A stretch of 64,000 bases of DNA from Batkoa obscura. Taxonomy: Eukaryota. The stretch is taken from the NCBI GenBank assembly GCA_030770535.1, contig JASVEC010000027.1:682001-746000 (forward strand). The letters are read 5' to 3'. Below the pieces are notes generated by a model, which worked only from the letters and a program-made list of their open reading frames with translations, did not search any database and was not told the origin of the DNA. Position numbers and translations under genes: made by a program. Positions within the stretch are counted from its first letter, which is position 1. Each line of letters starts with the position of its first letter. This document shows, piece after piece, positions 25,086-39,017 of this stretch.

Positions 25086-26189
25086 ATGTCATATAACAAA
25101 AATTTACAACAGCCATTGAGCCTTAAAGGGTTAAAACTCAAAAACCGAGTAGTTCTTGCTTCATTAACCCGTAATCGTGGGATTGTCCCTGATGGACTGT
25201 TTGCTGAATATTATGGTCAAAGAGCATCCGCAGGCTTAATATTATCTGAAGGTATCCTTATCGAGCCACAGGGTACTGAGTGGTCAGAAGCACCTGGAAT
25301 CTGGAGCGAAGAGCAGATCAAAGGGTGGAAGACAGTAACCAATAAAGTACATGAAAAGGATAGCTACATTTTTGCACAATTATGGCACTTAGGAAGAGTG
25401 GCCAATGCCTTACTTAATGCTGGTATAGCTCCACCAGCCCCTTCTGCTATTAAAGCCAATGGTGGAAAGTTCCGTTTACTTCAAGGAAATCCTGGCTATT
25501 CCGTTCCAAAGGCTATTGAAAATCCTAAAGAATATGTACAAAATTTCAAACAGGCTGCTATCAATGCTAAAGAAGCAGGATTTGATGGTGTTGAATTACA
25601 TAGTGCTAATGGCTATTTAGCGCATCAGTTCCTTGACTCTAATTCAAATCAACGTACTGATAATTATGGTGGTAGCATTGAAAACCGTTCTCGCTTTGTT
25701 CTTGAAGTTATCGATGCTTTTATAGAAGTATTTTCTGCTGATAGAGTTGGTATCAAATTATCTCCCTGTGGTGGTTATAACGATGTAGGTGAAAAAACTG
25801 AAGAAGAAGCCTATAAGTCATTTAGCTATTTAATTTCTGAACTTGATAAACGTGGAGTTGCTTATATTCAAATTATGCGTCATGTTCCCGACTTTGATCC
25901 AGCTAATCGTGGTCTTAAACTTGATGTTGAAAAATTCTTCCCGTTAATTAAAAATGCCAAGATATTTATTAATGGAGGCTTTAGCGCTGAAGAAGGAGAC
26001 AAATACATTACAGATGGCAAAGCTGATGCAGTAGTATATGGTCGTGGGTTCATTCCTAACCCGGATCTTCCTGAACGTTTCTTTAACAATCATGAATTAT
26101 CTCAAATCACTAACTACCCTTCTCTTTATTCATATAAAGGCGAAGATCGCCATGTTGGGTATAGTGATTATCCTAGATTTACCAATTAA
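25086..26189 (+). CDS. Old yellow enzyme (NADH:flavin oxidoreductase), intronless
   Basis: LTRNR, YYGQRA, QLWHLGR, GFDGVELHSANGYL, NQRTDNYGGSIENRSRF, GYSDYP. Confidence 0.95.
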   Translation: MSYNKNLQQPLSLKGLKLKNRVVLASLTRNRGIVPDGLFAEYYGQRASAGLILSEGILIEPQGTEWSEAPGIWSEEQIKGWKTVTNKVHEKDSYIFAQLWHLGRVANALLNAGIAPPAPSAIKANGGKFRLLQGNPGYSVPKAIENPKEYVQNFKQAAINAKEAGFDGVELHSANGYLAHQFLDSNSNQRTDNYGGSIENRSRFVLEVIDAFIEVFSADRVGIKLSPCGGYNDVGEKTEEEAYKSFSYLISELDKRGVAYIQIMRHVPDFDPANRGLKLDVEKFFPLIKNAKIFINGGFSAEEGDKYITDGKADAVVYGRGFIPNPDLPERFFNNHELSQITNYPSLYSYKGEDRHVGYSDYPRFTN

Positions 26190-26658
26190 GGATTTTACTG
26201 ATTCTAAAAATAATTAAGAAACATTTTTATTGCAATTGTGTTATAAAATTTATCGTTTATTAGCTTTAAACAATTTTTAACATAAATATATATATATTGG
26301 TTTGTCTCTAGCAACTCTTTAACTTGTCAATGTTTGATTTTTCATCTGCTATTATTTTTCGATGCACTATCCCTTTTGAATTTATGGTGTTAACTTTTTA
26401 TAACATAAATAAATTTTAATACAAACACTAATAATTGTATACAATTTTAGTCTTTATAGATTTATAAACATTAAAATAATTAGTCCATTTACGTATCTTT
26501 TTATCATATTTAGATAAAATCCGATTTTACCCTACATATTTTTTTGTTATAAGCCAAATTTAGATGTATATAAACTAATATTTATTTGAAATACATGTAA
26601 TGAATGATCAGTAATATTTATCATGATGATTTTGTATCGTTATTATTTCTTAAATATA

Positions 26659-27710
26659 CTAAATTTTATTCATATCCTCATTAATATCAGTGTGTAAAGA
26701 TGTACTTAATTAAATTGAAAACAATACCAAAAAGAGAGAAACCGATAGTTAAAATACCACTAAACCTTCAGAACCATGGCTAAGCAAACATGACTCTGAA
26801 ACATAATGGACAGGCACATATGAAGCTACTGAGACTAGCATTAAGGTATAATACACAACTACCGTAATATACAATTTTATAGTAGCAACTTTGTACTTCC
26901 ATAAAGGTAAGTTTGTATTTGTAATCATTAAATTGAGGAGCATAATTAAGATAAATAAAATTACATACTTTTAATGCATGGTGAAATAACTTAAAGTAGC
27001 AGTATAGGTAGGTAGATTTATGCCAGGGCTTTTATGCGAGTTCCAGTATTAGTTGCAATTCTAATCCGAAACTATATAAAGTAAATTTTACAGAAATAAA
27101 ATGCTAATATACAATTTATAAAATTTCGGATTAGAATTGTAATCCTTACTGATATTTGCATAAAAATCTCAGTATATTTAACTGTCTATACAATGGCTTT
27201 TATAGAAAAATAATCACAGATAATAAAATAAAAGTTAGTGAGTTCAGTAAAGCAGATTAAATCAGCAGATATAATTGAGTCTTCGTTTACTACTAAAAGC
27301 CAAACGATTAAAATAACGGTATCAATAGTTACTGGAAAGAATGGGAATTAAAGGAATTCATCAAGCAGCTTTCAGGTAATTTTAGGAGCCCTTTTGTTTA
27401 AATAGAATGCGAACACGATCTCAAAGGAATAAGAAGGTTTAACATACATAATCAAACTAACATCCAACCTTAGTCTGTATGATATTTGTTGCAGTTGCAA
27501 ATCGATAAACTGCATTTATAATTTTTACTAGTAAATATATTAATTATGTGGAAGTAAGGGTAATAGCAATAATAATACCATCGATTTTTTGCCTAATTTT
27601 AGATTCTAAGTAAATTAAAAATGAATTAACGATAGCTGAAATAGTAACTAAGAGTAAAGATATAAAAAAAACTGATGAAAACCCTTTTATTTTAATGACT
27701 ATATCATATA
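26659..27710 (-). pseudogene. Diverged 7TM receptor pseudogene of the same family
   Basis: Minus-strand fragments FFISLLLVTISAIVNSFLIY, NIIQTKVGC*F, SYSFEI, SADLICF, TIKLYITVVVYYTLML and LHTDINEDMNK are collinear with the 353..1264 protein; limits approximate. Confidence 0.7.
27002..27191. mobile_element. Hairpin-type MITE within the 7TM pseudogene
   Basis: Perfect 16-bp IR CAATTCTAATCCGAAA (27056-27071) / TTTCGGATTAGAATTG (27124-27139), extending imperfectly over about 50-75 bp. Confidence 0.65.
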
Positions 27711-28950
27711 AATTCTTTACAAGTATAAAAAATTCAATAGATAGCTTAAAGGTAGTTTTATATTGCTTTATGCAAAGTGATATACTGAGGATGCAACCTC
27801 ATATTACTCAACAACACGCCTTTCCTATGGTTGAGTCTCAAAATATTTTGACTAGTATATTATAATCAAAATTATCTCTTTAATAAAATTCTTGTAAAAC
27901 ATAGTTTCTAAATATCAACTAACTCAGTTATTCCTGGATTTTGGTATATTCAATATGCAATTATACAATTCAGCTTTATAGCAAGCCATAATTACAATTT
28001 TTTAAAACTCAAATATTATTATTGATTAATTGGCAACGCATTCATTATTAAATCAGGTACCAGATATAATTTTAATATCAAACGTTATGTCTATTGACAA
28101 CAATAAATTTGAGTTTTGGGAAACGAAGCAGAAATAGCCAACAAAAGTTTATAAACTTGGCTAACTTTGGACGACAGTTTACTTATTAGAATGTAAACAG
28201 CTTTTTATAGAAAATATCATTTATTAAATGGTTAGCATGCTTGAGTTATCAAATATTCTGTAAAACATGCCTGGTTTTTCCTATTTGATTTTTATATCTT
28301 ATAGTACATCAGATTAAGTATAGTGTTAAAACGTGAATAATTTTAGCAGAATATCAACTAATCACGCACGATTTATTGATGCATTGAATTAAACAGATTT
28401 GAAATATAATAAAGCATTTGTTTTTATTATATATGTAAAATGGAAATTTGGACTAAAGCGTGAGATGCCATTTATCATATGAAGAATATAAAAACCAACA
28501 TGTAAATTAGATGGGTAAATATAAAGCATACTATTATCATATTTTGACAAATTTAAATATCGTTCGCTTTATCTTAATTATTTATTAAATTAAATTTATA
28601 AATATGAATAGTATTCATAAAAGCATAGCAGTAAAATGGTTAATTCGATGAACTTTTTAAAATGGTTAATTGTGTTTGTAAATGTAAAAATTCGTGCACA
28701 TGTTTAATCTATATAATTAGTGCTCAATTTGTTATTATATTGAGAAGTAGAAAGTTGATACTCCCATCCAATTACACTACAAAATAGTGCTAGCGATTTT
28801 ATAATAATTCCTATTAAAATAAAGTTTAATTTATTTATGTTATACTTATTATACTTAAACATGTTATGCATAATTTTAATAAATACAATTAATAGTGAAA
28901 GCATACCTTAAAAATTATTAAACAGAAAATAGAACTTCTTACTTTTACAA

Positions 28951-29716
28951 TTAAGAATAGTTAGGTGGCTCTTCGCTCTTAGTTGAAGGCTTTACTAAGC
29001 CATAGTTATAATAATTAGCAGGCTGATAGTGAAACGGCTCTCTTCCAAAATTATAATTTATAAAACAACCTTTTATACCATAGATAGTCGGAAATAATTT
29101 AGCTTTGTTAAACCCAAATTTAAGGGTGATTATTTCCTGCCCATTATAAGTAAACATAGCTTCATTTCTAGGTGATGAATAGTACAGGCAACCTATTACA
29201 TCCCCTTCATCAATGGTTGGAAAATTTATCCATTCTATCGATTTACCATATAACTCAATTTTTTTTGAATATATATTTAACAAAATACTAGAATCTATCT
29301 ATAGTTAATAAACTTGAAAATGAAAAAAATGTAAATTTACCTTTAAAATTATTATCTTTAATACTTAAAGCTAATCCAAAGTGAAATTGGGCATCGTCTT
29401 CTAAATTTAAAACTTCAATTTCAAAATAACTATGTTTGGTAGAATCTTTGAAACAATTATTTGTTTGTATCAAACAATCTTCTGTGAAATATAATTTGTT
29501 ATTATCATATGACATAAGCTTTCCGACTTTATCTTCAGTAACAAAAAATCCCCAATCTTTATTGTCTTTAATTATAATCTCTGTCAAACTTATAGTGGTA
29601 TTTGACTTCTTATGCTTTGCAATATAGTTTAAAATGAAATAGATGAACAAACATATTATCGATATTAAAAGTAATATACTAATAACTAATATTGGCGTTA
29701 GTTGAGTTAATTCCAT
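28951..29716 (-). CDS. Single-pass membrane SPRY-domain protein (Ssh4/Ear1-like), 2 exons
   Basis: N-terminal TM helix, IQTN, SYFEIEV, EGDVIGC.Y, FTYNG, LFPTI, YNFGREPFHY, C-terminal PPNY; intron about 29339-29292. Confidence 0.8.
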
Positions 29717-29942
29717 ATACTATTTTTATTTATTAAAAATAAATAAAACTTTAATTCAATTTTATATGATTCATGACTTTAATTTCATACTTTATTCCTA
29801 ATTTATAATAAAATCTTAAATTATTCATTGAAGTTAAATTTCGGTTTTTGAATTTAAGGTGTTTCCGTAAGCCTTCACTCTCAAGCATAATTGTTTAAAG
29901 ACTTTACCCGACTCTTAATAATTAAATCATAGTTTGAAATTA

Positions 29943-30100
29943 CAGCTGCTATAACTCTTTGGGACTTTTTAGCGGTAATTTTTATAGGCGACTTATTTAT
30001 ATAGTCAATTTTAAAGCCTGATCTTAAATTTTAGCCTAATTTAATAAATTTCCCACTTAAATATGCAGTTATTTATGTCGCAAAAGAGTTACAACAGCTG
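29943..30100. mobile_element. Tc1/mariner-type MITE
   Basis: TA|CAGCTGCTATAACTCTTTGGGAC ... GTCGCAAAAGAGTTACAACAGCTG|TA. Confidence 0.7.
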
Positions 30101-30159
30101 TATAGAATACTGAATGCTGTTTTCTATCAAGCTCGCTAACATAGAAATTTACCACATTA

Positions 30160-30286
30160 CTGTTATATTTTAAACATAGATTGGGCATTTCTATTTTATA
30201 CTTTTTGTATAGGAAAATAGAAAATATTATCATAATCAAATAAGTACAAAACTGAAAATGCCCAATCCATGTTTAGAGTATAGCAG
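30160..30286. mobile_element. MITE with ~45-bp TIRs and TA flanks
   Basis: TA|CTGTTATATTTTAAACATAGATTGGGCATTT ... AAATGCCCAATCCATGTTTAGAGTATAGCAG|TA. Confidence 0.7.
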
Positions 30287-30906
30287 TAGTAGTAAATATT
30301 CCTCTTTTAAATTTTAATTTCAGCAATCTTCAATAGAACAAAGTTAGGAAATATAGGAAATTGATGCTGTACAATAAATTAAAATTTTTTACTTAATGTT
30401 ATTTACTCCATATTTATGGCCTCGCTCTTTAAGGAGGGTAGTGTCTTATGTTTTTTGAACATTGTGTTAAAATGTAGCATAGTAACTTTAACGAGTATTA
30501 AAAAGAACCAGTATATTCTATAAATTTTAACGGTTTTTAGCATACAATAATAAAGCACTATGGAATAATTATTTAGTTACTGAATTTTGAAGAACAAAGA
30601 ATATTAGTGTTATTAGGTGCTTTTTATAACTATATTATGTGTATACTTTAAATATTTAATGGTAGTCAGTATAAAAGTTGTGTTAGCCCCTTATCAAAAA
30701 TATTTCGATATTTGAATTCTTTCATACTTAAGTAATGTTTAGTTTACTTTCAATCGTATTGTAGGTATTTTCAAGCTGCATAAATTTACTTTTAATATTG
30801 CGTAAATAATTAAGTCATCAATTTTTTGAATATTAACTTTTTGTTCATATTTATTTACTATTTTAAATAGTTCACTTTCTACAAGGCAAACTTAAATTCA
30901 ACTTAT

Positions 30907-33900
30907 ATGAGTAAGAATTCATTTTCGATGAAAAAATTGAACTTCGGGAAACCAGGTTATGAACCTTTAAGGGATCAAAGTGAAGAGGAGGCTGGATTTC
31001 AAGAAGAGGATACAGATTTTACACCATATAAAGATAAAAACGAACAGGTAGTAGAAGATTATATAGAATCTGATATAAGTGCTCAGGAGATACCTTTGAT
31101 AAATGAATTAAATGAAACAAGACAAGTTATTATTAATTGTTCCGATGGCTCAAATAAAAAATATTCGCCAAATTTGTTTAGAAACCAAAAATACAACCCA
31201 CTTACATTCTTGCCTATTGTTCTTTATGAGCAATTCAAATACTTTTTTAATCTGTATTTTCTATTAGTAGCATTGTCTCAATTTATTCCATATACAAGGA
31301 TAGGCTATTTAGTAACTTATGTTGGACCGCTTATATTTGTTTTAGGCGTTACTATTAGCAAAGAAGCTTACGATGACTATCAAAGATATTTAAGGGATAA
31401 AGAGGCCAATTCACAAATATTTAGCAAAATAATACCGCATAATTCTAATTTTTCAATAGAAAATAGCCCAAGTTCGAAAATTAAAGTTGGTGACTTAATA
31501 TTATTACATAAAAATCAAAGGGTTCCAGCAGATATGCTTTTGCTATGGACTTCAGATCAAAGTGGATCTTGCTTTATACGCACTGATCAACTTGATGGAG
31601 AAACTGATTGGAAACTTAGGATTGCGATATCTTCTTGTCAATCAATAGGCTTAGAAGGTATGGGAACAATAAATGGGTATGCAGAGGTAGAAAAACCTCA
31701 TAAAGATATTTATTCTTTTACTGGCACCATAAAACAATCAAACTTCAATTCTATAGAACCTGTCAATATTGAAAATACACTTTGGGCAAATACAATATTA
31801 GCTTCTGGGAAAGCAGTTGGACTTGTTATTTATACTGGGAGAGACACCAGAGCAGCACTTAATACTGCTCACCCAAAGACAAAAGTAGGCTTATTAGATA
31901 TAGAGCTTAACAAAATAGCCAAAGTAAATTCACATTATATAAATACTGTCATTTAATTTTAGCATTATCTAGATATTATGTGTAGTAACATTTGCTATTT
32001 CATTCCTTTTAATTGCCCTAAACGGATTCCAAGGACTTTGGTATATTTATCTTTTTAGGTTTTTAATCCTTTTTTCTTCAATTATTCCGATAAGTTTAAG
32101 AGTAAATTTAGATATGGGAAAGGCAGTTTATGCTCATGATATACAGACAGACAAAGAAATAGAAGGTACGATTGTAAGGACCAGTACAATACCTGAAGAA
32201 CTTGGTCGTATTGAATATCTTTTAACTGATAAAACAGGTACTTTAACTCAAAATGATATGATATTGAAAAAGATCCATCTTGGTACTATGGCCTATTCTC
32301 ATGAAACAATGGATGAGGTAGCTGCTCATTTAAAGACAGCCTACAAATCATTAAATACTTCACTTTCTGCTAATGATCAAAACAACGGACCAAGCGGTAA
32401 GCATAAAAGAGGGCTTTCTAATGTTTCAATTCACGGGTCATCCTCAGGCTATTACAGTAATAACAATATTACTACAACTGCATTCAAGGGTAGAAGAGAT
32501 ATGACACAAAGAGTTAAAGATTTGATGGAAGCACTTGCGCTTTGCCATAACGTGACACCTACTCAAGAAGAAGGAACAAGTATAAGAAATTATCAAGCTT
32601 CCTCTCCAGATGAAATTGCGATAGTAAAATTCACAGAATCATGTGGACTTACTTTAACAAATAGGGATCCTCAATTTATAACCATTTCAGCTTCTATAGG
32701 AACAGATAAAGAAGTTTTACATGATAAAAAATATGAAATCCTCCATATCTTTCCATTTTCATCGCATACCAAGCGTATGGGTATTGTTTTAAAAGAAGTT
32801 TTAAGTGGAGATATTACTTTTTATTTAAAAGGGGCGGATGCTGTTATGTCACCAAGGGTTATAGACAATCAATGGCTTGATGAAGAATGTGCAAACATGG
32901 CTAGAGAAGGACTAAGAACTTTAGTCATTGCGCGCAAAAAACTTAACATGAATACTTTAGAAGCATTCGAATCTGAATTCAATAAAGCCAAACTTTCATT
33001 ATCTAATAGGAATAAATTAGTCCAAGAAGTAGTTGAAAGACATTTAGAAAATAGCCTAGAATTGCTTGGAGTAACAGGTGTAGAGGACAAACTTCAAGAA
33101 AATGTTAAGAACACTCTTGAAATGCTTAGAAATGCTGGTATAAAAATTTGGATGCTTACTGGGGATAAAATAGAAACAGCTACTTGTATTGCTATTTCTT
33201 CAAAACTGGTTTCGCGTAACCAATTAATCCATCAAATAAATAAGATTAAAGGCCCTATAGATGCCCAAAGGGATCTTGAATTAGTTGCAATGAAAAAAGA
33301 TTGTTGTTTGGTAATTGATGGTGATTCTATTAGCCAATACTTAAACGATCCGGTATTAAAAGAACAATTCATTTCCCTTTCAGTGAATTTACCTGCAGTA
33401 GTTTGCTGCCGTTGTACACCTACTCAAAAAGCTGAACTTACTTCTTTAATTAAAAATTATACAGGACGAAGGGTATGTGCTATTGGAGATGGCGGTAATG
33501 ACGTATCAATGATATTAGCAGCTGATGTTGGTGTAGGAATTGTTGGCAAAGAAGGGAAGCAAGCCTCTTTAGCAGCCGATTTTTCTATTTTACAATTTTC
33601 TTATTTAGCAAAATTATTAATTTGGCATGGACGCAATAGTTATAAACGTTCCTCTAAATTAGCACAGTTTGTGATCCATCGTGGGCTCATTATATCTGTA
33701 ATGCAAGCTGTCTTTTCAGCTATCTTCTATTTTGCTCCAATTGCTTTATATCAAGGTATGTTGTTGGTGGGATATGCTACCCTTTACACTATGGGTCCAG
33801 TTTTCTCTATGGTACTTGATCATGATGTTAATGAAACTATAGCTATGATGTACCCAGAACTTTATAAGGACCTTACTAAAGTAATTAATGTTAAACTTTT

Positions 33901-34467
33901 AATGCTAAATAATTAAAACATAAAATAGGGAAGATCTCTTAGCTATAAAACATTTCTTTGGTGGCTTATAATTTCAATTTATCAAGGTAAATCAAATAAC
34001 TTTTCTATTAGATAAAATCAAATCAATCAATTTAGGTGGTGCTATAATGCTTCTTGCCTTGTGGCTTTTTGATGCTGAGTTTATCAATATTGTATCAATT
34101 TCTTTTACAGCATTGATATTGAATGAGCTTATTGTAATAGCATTTAATATATCTACATGGTACTTTATTTGTTTATATTATGCCATTTATAGTATTAATT
34201 TTTGTTAGGCATCGTTATATGATATATTCTCAAATATTTTCAATAATAATTTATATTGCTTCAATGTTTATTTTGAAAAAAGATTTTGGTAACTAGATTA
34301 AAAAATAATTAAATGATGCTAATAATGTTTTAGATTTAAATTTCATATGCACCTTTGGCTTTGTATGGAAAGTAATGGCAATCACTGCGGTTTCATGTTT
34401 CCCATTGTATGTAATTAAAGTGCTCAGCCGCATCTTTAATCCACCTTCCTATACTAAGCTTACATAA
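30907..34467 (+). CDS. NEO1: P4-type ATPase phospholipid flippase (Neo1/ATP9), multi-exon
   Basis: [51 protein letters not shown]; ends PPSYTKLT*. Confidence 0.95.
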
Positions 34468-34800
34468 AGACTTTAAACTAATAAAACTAATTTAATAGTA
34501 GAAAATTTCATCAAGGCTTTAACAGTTAATACTTTTTATTATTTGCAAATATTTTATTCATTGATTTATTAGTTATCAATAACTTTAAACATCATTCATT
34601 TTTCCAACTAATAATAAAATTAAATATCAAGTATAATTAAAGGATGGATGAAGTTTAATTCTAAAAACGATGTTAATAGTTCCGTAATATAGACTATAAC
34701 TAATTTAATTTATTAAGTTCCATGGCTTTGTTAACGAGCTATTGCCTTGTAATGAATAAAGGCTTGAATAGGTTAAAATCTAATTTTACTTATCAATTAG

Positions 34801-37524
34801 TTAACACTTCCAACAATCTATGAAAAAAAGGTTAGTTTAAATTACTTTTATTATTTAATATAATTACCTCATCAGCTTTTTGCAAGGCCTAAATATAAAA
34901 ATTAAATTAGTACCTTATTTTCGTACCAAAAATCTTAAATTACCTCAATCATTTTCTTGCATTCTTTACGACGTTGTTGAGTAAACTCAGATTCTTTAAG
35001 TAAATCATCTAATACATCGTTGTTATACAGCTCTCTCAAAAGCTCTCTTTGTAAATCTTCTTTAGATTGTGAAATCAAGTTAAGCATAACAGCTTTAGGA
35101 ACCATATCAGTAACTGTGCGTTTGACAATGTTAAAGTAAGATTGTATCAAAAGCTTAATGACTTCAGTTTCTATTTGTTCGCGCTCAGATAAAGTTCCAG
35201 AAGCCTTAAGTACAGCTGGAGGTGGTTCCATAACAGTAGTTTTCTTCTTTCTAGGGAAGAAACTTGAAAAGAAGCCTCCAGACTCCTGTTCAATTGCTGC
35301 AGAATTGGGGGTTGGGAGACCTGTAGTGCTGTTACGACCACTTGAAGGTGGTTTTGGCTCATTAGGTGTAGTTGAGCGTGGATTAAAACGATCATTTACC
35401 ATTGCCATTGCCTAGAATTAAAATATTAGTAAGCTCAATTTTCTAAAAAACTTAGTTTACTTTATGACCAGTTAAAAAATCAGGGTGTGCGGTGTTTACA
35501 TAATTAGCTTCCATACTAAAAATTCGATGATAGAAAATTAAATTACATTCAATTTTAAAATAATAACAATATTACTTAACAAGATCTTGGACAAGTTTGG
35601 TTGTTGGGATTGTTACTTTCTTGAAATAATTAACTACAACGGAATGAAATTGCTCCTTAAGCCCAGGGAAACGCTTGAAAAGCTTTAAAAGTTATTATAT
35701 CTTCCAAAATACAGTATGAAAAATAGCTTACTTGCTTATTAAGAAGCTGAGACAAAATGCGAACTAATTCGTCATAAACAAGGGAAATACATTTTAAACT
35801 TGGTTCTTCAAGACGACGAATTTGTTGCTTGACAATGACTTCAAAAGCAGTGGTGCCAACAAATAAGGACGGAGAGGATCCCTAAAAGATATTAATATTT
35901 AATCAAAAAACAAATCAAATTAAATACCGATGAGTTATAAAGTATAGTACGAATATCAACATCTTTAACCTGATCAAATGGATCCACATTGCGCACTGCA
36001 TTTGCAAATATTTCATGAAACACAAAACCAATCCTTGCACCACCAGAAAGTTCATAAGTAGACAAATCGTTTGATTTACCATCTAAAACTGTGCGATAAT
36101 CATTGCAAAATTCAGTGATAACGCTTAAAACCATGTTGGCCTAAACAATAAATAAATAATATTTAGACAAATATAAAAAATTACTTGGTGAGTTGATCCG
36201 TCATCTAATGGATCTCCGAGTTGAGCTAACTCAGATTGATACTTTGCAAGAGCAGCTTGAATTTTCGATTTAATTTCTGGGAGAGTATTTCGGATATGAT
36301 GCATCAAGATCTAAATAGTATTAACATATCGTACATATGTGATAAGTATGTATATTACCATATTCAATTTACGAGCCAAGAATGGAGTACCGCAGTACTG
36401 TGCTTTGCTTCTGTATGATGAATGGTTTTCAAAGAATGATTTCTCAGAATCAAGAGCCAAAGAAATCGATTTATTAGTAGTAATATCTTTTTGGCCACGA
36501 TTTACAACTGGGACGTATCCTATAATAATAATTGGTCAACCACCATTGTTACTTTAATATATATTACCTAATTTTAATGGAATGACTCTTCCTGCCAAAA
36601 TATCTACTACATCTGTTCCATGATCCCTATATTAATAAATAGATTTAATATGATGTATTCATTTTACTATTATTGTTACATTAAATCAATTTTTGTTAAA
36701 ACACCAATAGTTCTATTTCCTTCAGGGTCCATTTCTCTTGCCATCTTTAAACCATCTGAATTTGCCAAATCAGTGTTACCAGCAGTAACTGCCAATATTA
36801 TTGCATTTGGTTTTGAAATGTAACGTAAAATCATATCACGAATTTGTTTTTCAATATCTTTTGGTTGATCTCCAACAGGAACCTAAAATGCTTAATAGAT
36901 GTGCTTTAATTTATTAAAATATTACTTTGGTAAGCCCTGGAAGATCAACTAAAGTTAAAGTTAAAACCTTTGGTGAAAATATACGGAGGTTAATTGGTAA
37001 AGGCGAGATACCTAATATTTATATATTAGTTATAATTATTGTAAACTATAGATTTATTTACCAGCATTTTTACCCGTCTTTGCATCAGTTTCGCTAACAA
37101 TTTCTTGCCTGATCTTGTTAAAATCAGTAAATTTTGTTCCAGGAATGTGTAAAAATTCTCCCCATTCTTCAGGATCTAGATAATATAAGTTAATTTACGA
37201 ATACAAGTACGTGTTTTATAGATACCTTCTTCAGTTGGGTTTTGTTTAGCTGGTACATTGTATAATTGTAAAACCAAAGGTCTTCTAGTTACAATCCCTG
37301 TACCTCTTGGCAAAAAGTCTTTACCAACTATATTTTCTAATACTGAACTTTTACCAGAACTTTGACTATATAATTAAGATAAGGTTATAAATATTTTAAT
37401 AAATGATTACATCTGTTTACCTTCCGATTACTACAATTTGAGGTAAATCTACTGGGTTCGATACCCCAACAGTAGCAAAAGCGTCCTGTAATTTATTGAC
37501 AGTGCTAATTAAACTTGAATCCAT
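34801..37524 (-). CDS. VPS1: Dynamin-like GTPase Vps1, many exons
   Basis: [54 protein letters not shown] insert, [16 protein letters not shown]; Vps1 rather than Dnm1 judged from the insert and GED sequence. Confidence 0.9.
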
Positions 37525-38438
37525 TTTATTTTATAAAACTAATATAAATAGTTAATACAAAGAACTTAAATTAGTTAGTGCCACTTAGTCCCCAATATAT
37601 TTATAATAGCACTTTGATTTGATTGGTCAATGATCGAAAATAGACAATTAGCTCATTGTTACCCAATCATAGTTAGCTTTGTTTTGATTCCAAACCTTGG
37701 TTTAATTAAACACTAAAAAGAAAAACCAAAATTAAATCTCAGGTAAATACTAAATATCAGTGTTTAATACTGTTTATATTAATATAATGAAGCGGTACGT
37801 AAATCATTAAAGTTATTTAAAAGTCTAATATTTTCTATATATTAACTATAAGCTTTTATTTTGAATCAAATAAGGCCATAAATGTAGTTTTAAGTACCTA
37901 TATTGAGAATGTCATTGTTAACTATAACTAGTGGATCAATAATTTATATAAAATTATATAATATCTTTAAAAACCTTCATGTTTAATTAACCAATTTATC
38001 ATACTAGATCATGATCTAAAAAAGTTAAGCTTTTTAAACATTTACACATTGTTATACAATTTCATTCTACTTGTTTTATTAAAAGATACAGCTTTGGCAA
38101 ATAATAAATAAATATTAAATATTATAATTAAAGTTTATTATAGTTTAATTTATAAACTAATCAATATTAATTACTTAAATTTATATTAAATAACGTTTAA
38201 TTTTTAATATAGCTTTTTTTTTAAAATTAGTTTTAAAAACAATAATGGGGATGTCCGAATTGGTTTCATTTTTTTCGATTTTTAAATATTTATGTTTTAA
38301 AACTGCTTAAAATTTTATAGAAATAAACTTTTTATTAAAAAGCAAGTATTTGACAGTTTTGAATTATTTTATTATAATTTGTATTAAATTTAATAAAAAT
38401 TCCCAGATTACCAAAGCTTTTACTAATATAACCTATAT

Positions 38439-38536
38439 GAGGGTGTTTTTTTTGGTTTCATCACTTTTTCCATTTTTTAAGCGCTATTTGAGTGGAAAAT
38501 TTGTTAGTAAAATTCTTAAACATAAAAATACATCTC
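38439..38536. mobile_element. MITE family A copy abutting a solo-LTR-like repeat
   Basis: ATAT|GAGGGTG...CATCTC runs directly into TGTGAAAG; no right-hand TSD. Confidence 0.85.
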
Positions 38537-39017
38537 TGTGAAAGTTGATACTCAGTAATTAGAGTTAAAAGCAGTTCTAGCTTAATTAACTGACCGTAAG
38601 TCGAAAGGTCTTAGTTTATGTAACTAAGATAGACTTAAATTAGTAAGAATAGTGTGCAATAGGCTATGATCTGTGTAAAACAAATAGAATAGAAAATACT
38701 ATTGTGAAATCTATATAAGATATTGTCAGAAAGACTTAGTGGCTTTATTAATGGTACGATATCAGGGAATAATTCAATTAAAAAGCCTCGAGTTAATATG
38801 TTGAAGAATCTCTTTTATACTCCAACTGTATGGCTATATATAAGGAACATTATAGCAGTTATTCCTTATTATATTTCCCAAGTATGGACATTAAAACGTG
38901 GACAATAAGTTCTTCGTGATCAGGTGGTAGTAATTCTCACAGCAAATTTACATAAGGAGCTCTGGATTGATTATTGTATTATAATCAATCCCAGAGCTAG
39001 CGAAGCGATATTTCACA
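38537..39017 (+). mobile_element. Solo-LTR-like repeat, copy 1
   Basis: TGTGAAA...TTTCACA ends; similar to the copies at 43569, 44658 and 62553. Confidence 0.75.

Noticed and set aside
25086..26189. Horizontal transfer of the intronless OYE gene
   Set aside because: Lack of introns alone is insufficient; several other genes here are intronless and composition looks native; would need a phylogeny
28000..28500. Possible transposase relic
   Set aside because: No continuous frame or DDE motif could be read
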